DNA of 64,000 nucleotides from Hydrurus foetidus (lineage: Eukaryota). Below the pieces are notes generated by a model, which did no database searches, was not told the origin of the DNA, and worked only from the letters and a program-made list of their open reading frames with translations. The stretch is taken from positions 1 through 64,000 of the forward strand of contig UYFQ01000247.1 in assembly GCA_900617105.1 (NCBI GenBank). Reading direction: 5' to 3'. Position 1 is the stretch's first letter. Each line of letters opens with the position of its first letter. Shown one piece after another: positions 1 through 9,627 of this stretch. The translations under genes were made by a program, and so were the position numbers.

Positions 1-6
1 ATCGAG

Positions 7-3000
7 ATGCCGCAGAAGAAACAAGAAGAACCAAAATCAGGTGCAGAGCAGTGCATGCTGAGAATCGGACGTTACAACAACGTGGTGCAATGGAGGGAAG
101 ACATGCAGAACGAGGCATGCGGCCTGTACGGGATGACCGGCACGTTCTTCACCACCAACAAAAGCTACGTCCATCCGTATCCTCGCGAGGAGGATTACAA
201 TCCCACCTTTCAAACGGTGGAAACGGATATTCCGACAGCGGGTACCGAAAATGAAGACGAGGAAGACGAATCCGTAGACCTCGATGATGTCATGATCGGA
301 CCACAGCCTCCACCAGTGCCTCCTGTCGTGTACTCCGAGGCACTCATCGACAAGCTGCGAGCCAATGCGTTCGAGGGACGCCGCAAGGCAGTCGAAACGC
401 AAAAAGTCGATGAGCAAAAGCTCTTTCCACTAATGTGGTCGAGAATGTCGACAGGGTCCAAATCCAAGGTTCGTGAGGAGCCAGGGTTCGAAGCGGCTCG
501 CCTCAGACTCGACAGTGTAAAACTGTGGGAGTACATTAGAAGGAGTCATTTAACTCACATCTACGGCGAAGATGATTCGATGAGAGCAATGAATGTGCAT
601 GAGCAGACCATCAGGTACAACTACCTCAGACAGGGGAGCGTGAACGTGAGGTAATTGGAGACTTCAAGACACGGTTCGATAACCAGGTATCGGCCAACAG
701 AGGTGTTGGTATGACAGAAGTGGAAGAACCGATTAGAGCAATCGACTTCCTCAGTAAGTTAGACCCGAAAAGGTATACCGGTATGTTGACACTTATGCGT
801 AACAACGCCGTACAAAACCTGCCGAATAGCTTCCCTTCTACCTTAGCCGGAGCCTACAGGGTAGCGTCATCCTGGACCAGCTCGGGCGGAGGAGTCCCCC
901 TTGGCGCCGAGCAACATTCCGCGTTCTTGACCGATTCTTTGATAGCACAAAGGAAAAAGTCGCGGGAAAAGGATCGAAGGGGAAGACAGCTGGGACAAAG
1001 AAGAAAGCATCGTCAGTGATATGTTTCGTATGCGGAAAGACGGGACATTTCGCAAGAGACTGCGAACAGCGCAAAGAAGGAGAGCATGCGCTGCTCACCA
1101 ACATCGAAGAAGATTTAGAGGAAGACGATGAGAGTATCGAGGCAGCTTTCATCACGACAGATGAAGTGGCCTTGTTAACTCAACGTCAGGTGCTGTTGGA
1201 CAATCAGGCCTCAGTTAACATCTTCTGTAACTCCGCGCTTCTCACCGACATTAGGAGATCACAGAATGCGATCCTCCTCAAAGGAGTTCAGTCTGAAGCA
1301 AAGGGTGTCCGAGTAGAACAGGAGGGCAACTTTGGCGATATCGGACCAGTATATTTTAGTCGCGGAGCGACAGCCAACATACTTTCCTTCGCAGCGATGG
1401 CAGACAGCGGTGCCGAGATCAGCTACCATCTTTAGGGTGGGTGCTTCACACTTCGACCAGCTGGCAGCAAGATGAAGTATCACTTCAGCAGACAGGACCT
1501 GCCAGGGTCGGCGGGAAGATTCTATGTATGGGACGCGAGTAGCGTGGCGATACAGGAGCAAGCATTGGTGACGACCGTCAGAGACAACATGGCTCGGTTC
1601 ACGAAACGAGAGGTTGCATCGGCAGCAGCAGCCAGAGAGATGCTAGCCCGGATGGGTTATCCACCGGTCGAGATGGCTATCGCAATGATCAGAGGAGGAA
1701 ACAACTTCAGCGTCTCTGAAGCCGACTTCAGAAACGCCCACACAATCTGGGGCAAATGCCTCGCCAGCCTTAGAGGAAAAACCCACAAAAAGTCTTCTCC
1801 AGTGCCGGACATTTCAGTGACACCTGCACCAGCGCAGCAGCACCAAGTCCTAAGCGTGGACATAATGTACCTGGAGACAACAGCGATACTTATCGCTGTT
1901 TCCACCCCTCTGGATATGACACTTGCTGTGAGTCTCATCCGACTCGACACTGATAAGACCTCCCGTGCTGCTGCTGTGGTGAAGCCAGCGTTGAACGAGA
2001 TGATATCAATACTCAAATCCAGGAACTTTATGGTGCAAGTCATCATGTCCGACGGAGAAGGTGCTATAGGGAAAATGAGGCTGGATCTACTTGCATGGGA
2101 ATTGAGGTGGATGTCAGCGCAGCTGGCGGACATGTAGCCAGAATCGAGCGACGGATTCAGATGGTGAAGGAGCGAGCACGCGCTCACCTCAACGGTAGGA
2201 TCCCATTCACTCCAACCGAACTCTGTCTAACCTATCTAGCTCTATACTGCGTCTCCCGCATTAACTGCCAGCAGTCAGGATCAAGGCCAGGGGGTCTTTC
2301 GCCGAGGGAACTATTTTCTGGACGGCGGGTTGACGGGAACCTGGACTTTCGTGCCGCCTATGGGGATTACGCCGTCTGTACAGTACCTAACACCAACAAC
2401 ACTATGCAATCTAGAACTGAAGATTGCATTGTCATGCTGCCTACACACAGCAGAACTGGATCATTCAAGATGCTGTCATTGGCAACTGGCAAAATCGTCA
2501 CAAGGGACCAATTCAAGATACTGCCGATGCCACAGTCAGTCATCGCGACGCTGAATGCCATGGCAGTCAGAGAAGGGAAGAAAATAAATAAACTCAATTG
2601 CATGTGCTTGATGAACTACTATTCGCGAACAGTCTCGACAAGTCTAAAATGCCACATTTCATTACCAACCCCCCACTCAGGATGCACTTGTCGACGGGAT
2701 CGGTGACCAACAACCCACACTCACCGACCTACAATCAGCAGACAGCATTTTCGAGATTCCACTTCCGATGTGGGGGGGGGGTACCAGTCGCAGCAGCGGA
2801 AACAACTGATTTACCCGATGAAATCGGAACTGAGGCCCTCGAACAGATGAGGGTGCAAGACAGCGACGTACTTACACCACCATCACCACCACCACTCGCA
2901 CCATCGACTGAGCCCGACGACACTCCAGTCGACACACCTGCACTCGACAGCGAATCAGCCCCACAGCAGCTCGCGCACTCAGTGCAATCGCCGGTGAGAG

Positions 3001-4843
3001 AGCCACGCAGAGCACCAGCACCAACAGAGCGAATGGTGACTAGGTCAGCCCGTACGAACGAGGACGCGTTCGTGACAAGCACGGAGGGTACCACCGCGAG
3101 ACTAGCAGGCGGAGCACAGTCGATGCACACCATAGACGAAGTGATGAAACGCCACAGGGAGGAAATGGGCAGGAGCAGCACAGCCAACATCAGCGTCAAA
3201 GAAGCATTTCGCACCAGAGGGGACGAAGCCAAGAAGGTCATTGTGTCAGAGCTCAGGCAGATGATAGACAAAAGGGTATGGGCACCGGTGATGGGGGGCA
3301 AGCTATCAGCGATGCAGAGAGCATCTACTATTAGGTCGTCCATGTTCTTGAAGCAGAAGAACAACCCGGATGGAAGCTTCCTCTAGCTCAAAGCTCGACT
3401 AGTCGCAGGGGGTGACCAGCAAGACAAGGATCTGTACGAAGATCTATCCTCCCCAACCGTGTCCACGTGCGCGGTATTCACCCTGTTGACCGTAGCAGCA
3501 CATGAGAAGCGACGCGTCGCAGTAGTAGACATAAGCGGAGCATATCTCAACGCGGACATGACGATGGATGTGCCAGTGCACATGCGCCTTGACCGTACCA
3601 TGACAGATATCATCATCAGCATCGATCCAAGGTACGGTAAGTACACAGATGCAAGAGGGGGAGTCACAGTACATCTCAAGAAAGCGCTATACGGTTGCGT
3701 AGAGAGCGCAGGACTGTGGTATGAGAATTTGCGCGCCACCATGCTCGAACTTGGGTACGTACGGAATATCAGCGACAAATGCGTATTCAACCGAATAGGC
3801 CCAGACGGGCACCAGTGTACTGCTGCAGTGCACGTGGACGACTTACTCATCACTAGCAAGAGCAAAGAGACCATGGCCCACCTAGTCGACGGACTGCGCA
3901 AAAGGTACGGTGCAATCACATTATCGCATGGGCCTGTCATAAACTACCTCGGTATGGCTATAGATATGCATGTACCAGGACAGGTGATGATCACCACCTC
4001 AGGGTACTGCGACGAAATAGTCAAGATATCAGGAGTGAAAGGGGTAGCGCGGACACCGGCCACAGAGGGGCTGTTCGAGACAAGAGAGGGTGCTGCTGCA
4101 GTGACAGAGCCGGTAAGGGTCTGGTTCCACAAAGTGGTCGCCATGGTGCTCTACTTGGCCAAGCGTACCAAGCCGGAGTGCCTCGTAGCTGTGGCCTTTC
4201 TAGCCACGCGAGTTCACAAGTGCACGACAGACGATGTCGACAAACTACAGCGCTTAGTGCGATACATACAGGGGACTAGGGACAGCGGCGTACTGCTAAG
4301 GCCGGGTGCGGAGGGGATCTCGGTACGGCTATTCGTGGATGCATCCTACGGGGTACACAGCGATGGAAGTCCCACACGGGGAGCTGCGTGGTAATTGGCG
4401 ATGTCGGGGCCGTGCACTGCCGGTCATCAAAGCAGCTGATAGTGACAAAGTCGAGTACGGAAGCGGAGCTGGTAGGGTTGTCCGACTCAGCTAACCAGGG
4501 TATTTTCGTCCGTACTTTTCTCATTGCACAGGGATACAAAATGGAGCCGGTGACCATCTACCAGGACAACCAGTCCTGCATGGCACTAGTGGAGCGCGGG
4601 AGATCCGGAGCGGAACGTACGCGCCACATCCAGATACGTTACTTCTGGGTGAAAGAGCGGGTGGACCGGAGAAGTGCGTGTGGAGTACCTACGGAGCGAG
4701 GACATGTACGCGAACGTGCTGACCAAGCCGCTCCAAGGGTCCCAGTTCCAGAGAGAGAGACGGGCTCACAGGGTGGCCCACGGTCGAGGGAAAGAATTAA
4801 GGGTGCCGGAGGCAGATGCACTGCACCATTCGAGAACACTTAG
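7..4843 (+). pseudogene. gag-pol polyprotein of the copia element, broken by frameshifts and two in-frame TAGs
   Basis: Collinear ORF pieces 7-654, 711-1019, 1016-1435, 1472-2137, 2095-2706, 2598-3386, 3459-4394 and 4388-4843. In-frame TAG at 1433-1435 and 3384-3386; frame changes near 640, 950, 2090, 2590, 4370 and 4670. Confidence 0.9.
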
Positions 4844-4943
4844 TTAGACGTTACTGCTTGCAAAACAATTCATATTTATTTTATTGCTGACATGAAAATC
4901 CTATGCATGCCTGGGTGCTCAACTACTGCGTGACTGTTGGGTG

Positions 4944-5259
4944 TGTTGGAGTATCCGGAGAAAAGACACTGCTGTAGTTGTATAGTATATGTATGGAACC
5001 CGACGGACAGCGGCGTGCATCATAGCGCACGTACCGCTGACCGTTGGATGTGTGGGCTCGTGGAGCCATCCATTCACCTGTCTTCAACATGGGTGAAAAC
5101 GTGCAATTGTCTTGATATGTAAAGCTTCGTTGCCGTCTTGATTGATGCCGGTGCACAAGTTTAATTATCAAGTAATTACGCAACACAAACCTATTTTACG
5201 AGCCTTGGGTCACCGGTCGCATTAGTCACAAAGCATCCGGATTTAGAGAAATCCCAACA
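4944..5259 (+). repeat. 3' LTR of the copia element (~316 bp)
   Basis: Begins TGTTGG (4944; alternative start TGTTGGG at 4935) and ends CCCAACA (5259), giving TG...CA inverted termini ~100 bp after RNase H. The PPT is degenerate (GGGTG). The partner LTR is not in the window. Confidence 0.75.
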
Positions 5260-5761
5260 CTGTCATCCAGTATATTCGTCTCTGCGCACAATTCTAGCTG
5301 ATACCAGAGCTCCACCATTTCTCTAGCGGTGGAGCTTCTGAGTAGCTTGGGCTTCTCCAGAAGGCCAACTTTACCAGGTTCGATACTCAAATGTTGCTCT
5401 GGACTACAACTGAATTTTGTTTTTGCAGCAACTTATGTTGATGATTTTCAAAACCTTGCTGACCCTCTTGCCACTCGTTCTGTTGCCCGAGAATCAGGAA
5501 AAAGTGCGAGCACATCGTAGGTCATCTGGATCCGCCGGTAATTTTCCAATTGATGGTGAGCTCATCTTTCTGTGAACATCCAAGTGCCATATTTTTTCCC
5601 TAAGAATTGGGTGACTTTTTCTGGTGCTGGAGTCTGGGAAATGTGTTTGATTCCCTGTAGTTTTGATTTTCATGTTGTATGATGACTTCTCCTCAATGGC
5701 TTTCAATCAGATTAGCTCATATATCTTCCTAACTCGAATTATCATCAGGAATTTCGCTGCC

Positions 5762-6049
5762 GTCCCCAGCGATCTGTGTTAAACGCAAGCACCACAGATC
5801 GCTGGGGACACCAATAATGAAATTAAAGCAGCCATGGATTGTCTGTTTGTCAGTGAAACAGCCAAGGATTGCTGTATGTCAGTGAAACAGCCAAGGATCG
5901 CTGTTTATCAGTGAAACAGCCGAGGATTTCGTAGAGGAGCCATTTATCATCTTAAGATAAATGACTCCTCTGCCGTCCTCAGCAATCAGTGTTAAACACA
6001 AGAACCATATATTGCTGGGGACGTTAAGCATAGAGAAACAGCCATGGAT
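5762..6049. repeat. Cluster of three hairpins plus four ~29-bp tandem repeats
   Basis: 17-bp perfect stem 5762-5778/5793-5809; repeats of ~CAGTGAAACAGCCAAGGATTGCTGTTTGT at 5826-5930; 16-bp stem with one mismatch 5933-5948/5956-5971; diverged copy of hairpin 1 at 5971-6023 followed by another GAAACAGCCATGGAT. Confidence 0.85.
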
Positions 6050-6094
6050 GTACAATCAGTTCAAAGCTTGGGTACATTTGAGTGCCTGTTTGAC

Positions 6095-6653
6095 TATCTC
6101 TATTCCCTCTTCTCTCTCTCTCGCTCGCTCGCTCACGCACAATCTCTCTCTCTCTCTCTCGCTTTCTCCTCTCACATAGGTAGATCTCTACTGCACACTC
6201 TGTCGTCTCCTATTCTCATGGTAAGGAAGAAAATTAGGTTTAAATGCACTCATGCCATTCCTTCCCTGCCTCCATCCATCCCTCACTTCCTTCCTCCTCC
6301 TCCACTCACTCCTCCTCACACCCCTCTCCACTCCACTCCTCCCTCAAATCCACTTGCCTCACTCCCTCACTCCTTCCCTCATCCCTCCATTACCTTCTCT
6401 CCTTGATCCCTCACTCCTCATCATCCTCCTCCTTTTCCTCTTCCTCCTCTTTCTCCTCCTCATTCTCCTCCTCCTCATCCTCCTACTCCTCCACCACTGC
6501 CACTCCACTCCTCCACTCATGCACATTCACTCACTCATGCCTCACTCACTTATTCCATGCCTCACTCACTCACTCCTCCACTCACTCACTCACTCCTCCA
6601 CTCACTCACTCACTCACTCACTCACTCACTCACTCACTCACTCACTCACTCAC
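6095..6653. repeat. Pyrimidine-rich low-complexity tract: (CT)n, (TCC)n, (CACT)n
   Basis: Directly visible simple repeats; they explain the spurious + ORFs at 5961-6983. Confidence 0.9.
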
Positions 6654-9039
6654 TTCGCAACAATATCCATTATTTCTTTGCATCCGTCGTTCATAATGTT
6701 TTTGAAATATTTGACTAGTTCATTTTCATCTCCAATTAATTCCAATTTAAGTGCTCTTTTTGACTCAAACTCAACATACTCAGTAATACCTGGTAGTTTT
6801 CTTTCCCAATCACTGCACAATAGAAACATTTCCATAACAAATTGTCTCTCAAATATAACATTCTCTATTGCTCTTGTACTTATTGCATGTGCAGTTCCAA
6901 TTTCAGTTGATCTATCTGAAAATTCCGCCCATTTTATATGTATTTTATATAGCGCATCAGCCAATTTTAAACACACTCTATGATGCGGTGCACCAAGAAA
7001 ACCAACCACGCTCATACACCCTATTACTCCTTCCCCCTTTTTTCCCCCAGGGGTATGATTAGCTAACCACCAGAAGGCGAGCATCAAGTGAGATGTTCCT
7101 GTAGCCCCGACACAGGTACAGAACTTGGACCCCTCTTTCCACTCTACTGAATCTTCACCACCGAAATATGCACACACTTTATCAATTAGTGCTTGAGATG
7201 CTGGTACATTCAATGCATCCATTAACTTTTTTGATGTTCTTTCTGCTGACACCCATCGTGTACGTGCAACCTTGCCAATCAAATTCTTCATTGCTGGTGG
7301 TGCTTCAAAATATTTGTTCACATCCCCCCCAAGTGAATCAATAATCAGCGTGTCTAACATATTCCTGAATTTAACCCAGTAGTAATTTACCCGATACATT
7401 CCCTGTGATGTTGTCATCTCATGTGCTAATCCTTGTTTCCCCAACAAATTATCTAGCAGTGGGAGAAGGACGCGCTCGTAGTTATGCATCTGGCAGCTCC
7501 TCAAACAGGCTTGTCTAAAGGTGCCTTCATAATTGTATATTAAACCAGGTAAAACACTGCTTTTTCTCACTAAATATTCAGGATTATTCTGACTTATTTC
7601 TAATGCCTTTCTGTCAATGTATTTTAGCACCATCAACATTTCCTCCTGTGCTGCACCAAATGCGTCTGTCACACCACCAAATATAAATACTATTCCATCA
7701 CTCACTTCTTTAGTTAAACTGCTTATTGTGAGCGCTGCTGATCCCTTTGATTTTTTAGTTACTGCATGAAATGTATTTATATTGGTCATGTTAAATGTAT
7801 TACATAGAAATATGTATTTTGACTACATTGTTAATGTGTAGTCATATTGAAATTAGTACCTGTATTATCCAAATTCAATGCTCCTAATCGCACGACTCCA
7901 TCACCACGAACATAATTATATAACTTAGCAACTAAATTTTTGTTTCCTTTATTTGTTGCATCCATTATCAGATACGCATTTAGGACGGAGCTCTCATTAT
8001 TCCGGATAATGAATGTCCTGCTGGACTGTTCTCTTACAAGAGATGCAGACCTTTCAGAGGATGTAGTATATGTCTTAGTGCACTTTACAATTTTTTTCAT
8101 GCTCACTTCATCAATGTTACCAAATAACATTCTTAGAACTGTTCCTATTATTATTGGCAATTTTTCTAGACTGCAACCGCAATTAGAAATTAAATCTTGT
8201 ATGAATATTCCTGTCCTTATCGATAGACACAATTTGCCATTAGTAATATCATAGTATTTGCTTTGTTTCATGACTAAATCAACTAATTTGTTTCCTATCA
8301 TTTCTTCTACTATTTTATTGATTGGTCTTCTAATGTATGTTTCTTTGTGATAATTTTCTTTCTGCTTCATTTTTTTTAATTCATAAGACAATTTCATTTC
8401 TCTAATTGAGGAGCGATTTCTTTTCTTCACCAATTTCTTTTTTACTAAAGTAAGAAGTACTGAAGTATCATCTGGATCAGTGAGAAGAGTAGCATCAAGT
8501 ACACCTACTGTAGCAGGTACTGAGATATCCAGCTGTTGAAGGGGTACAGTGGTAGTTGTTTCACTAACATTACTGCCATTTTTTTGTAATGCTATGATCT
8601 CTCTTTCTTCAGCTAAGAAATTTCGAATGTTATTTCTAATTGGTTCTATTAATTCGTTACCTACAGTGGTATCATCACCCAAAATTTTCATTTTGTAAGC
8701 ATTATATTGCCTATGTAAATAATGGAAGAAGTCGCTTTTCTTTCTGGACTGAAGAAAGAGAACAGAATAAGTTCTTGAGACGTATACTCGTAGGCAATGC
8801 AGCGAAAGTCCGAGCTGTATATGTACTAAATTTGGGATTGCGAAGGCCTGTTTTAAACGATTACTTTTGCCATCGCGACGAACAGAGCCATACACTACAC
8901 TCCTCAAATCATGCATTATTGTCTCTGCATCGCGAAAGTCGCAGTAAGTGATGGGACTACTCATCGCAATGGCGATGGCCATCGCATTTGCTATCTCCTC
9001 GTCCAATTTTGGTGGAATAAACTGTAATTCGTTAACCAT
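6650..9039 (-). mobile_element. Divergent hAT-like DDE transposase, spliced (exons ~9039-7860 and 7761-~6655), C-terminus not found
   Basis: GT-AG intron 7859-7762 joins the two long minus ORFs in frame (LDNT|VTKKSKG). The joined protein has hAT-type motifs in order: LIMDAT (first Asp), GVTDAFG (second Asp), CQMH (CxxH) and TRW. Confidence 0.65.
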
Positions 9040-9627
9040 TGTTGGTACAAAGAATGCCAGCTAGCGGAGCGAAGAAAATAAGCTTTTATTATAGTTTAAG
9101 AAAAGATTCGACTAGTCTCCGCTAGCTGAGATTACTTCTGTATGTCATGGCTTGCAATAAACATGATTTCGAGGACGTTGAGAAAGAAATCCGTTATGAT
9201 TTCTGAAGGAATCAGATGACTTGTAGACAAAACAGCTCTACTAAAACTAACCAGCTCGACAAGAAGTTGGCTTGATGTACAGCTCAAAAGAGAGCGTGCG
9301 ATGATATCTCGATGTATCTAGCGAACTGCGATAGCATTGGATTGAAGAATACTGGAAGACTTCAGTGGGAAATGTGAAGTGACCGTTTCCGTATTTTGTG
9401 ATAGGCAGAAATTTATCGAGGAGTTATATGGGTTATGGACCAAGAATTCGATCAATCTTGTCTGTCTTTTGTCTTCTGTCTTTTGTCTTTTGTCTTTTCG
9501 ATGCAAGAAGTTTTGGAAGTTGAACCAGCTCTCCGACATAAATCTTTGATAAAGAGTAAAGATCATGCAGCAGAAGTGAGATGAGCCAGGTCAGCGTCCG
9601 ACAATTGCTATTACGGCAGGGTCAGCC

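Larger units (their letters stand above)
1..5259 (+). mobile_element. Ty1/copia LTR retrotransposon (CoDi-like), disrupted; 5' LTR lies outside the window
   Basis: Domain order is gag - CCHC knuckle (CFVCGKTGHFARDC, ~1022) - protease (LLDNQAS) - integrase (SVDIMY / MSDGEG / HVARIER) - RT (KARLVAGGDQQ, DISGAYL, LKKALYG, VHVDD) - RNase H (FVDASYG, SSTEAEL, YQDNQS, RTRHIQIRYFW). Integrase before RT defines copia. Confidence 0.95.

Noticed and set aside
1433..3386. Two in-frame TAGs in pol as programmed readthrough or an alternative genetic code
   Set aside because: The element also has many frameshifts, and the kinesin-like host gene uses TAG as a true stop (CVIC*). Point mutation or sequencing error is simpler.
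37..4839. Minus-strand ORFs overlapping the retrotransposon
   Set aside because: Antisense shadows of gag-pol with no motifs.
5826..5930. 29-bp repeats as a CRISPR array
   Set aside because: The units are contiguous with no unique spacers, there are no cas genes, and the context is eukaryotic.
5961..6983. Plus-strand Ser/Leu/His/Pro-rich ORFs
   Set aside because: Translations of CT/TCC/CACT microsatellites.
9060..9135. Introner-like intron bounded by the 12-bp inverted repeat
   Set aside because: The candidate GT and AG do not join the upstream ORF to the transposase in frame.
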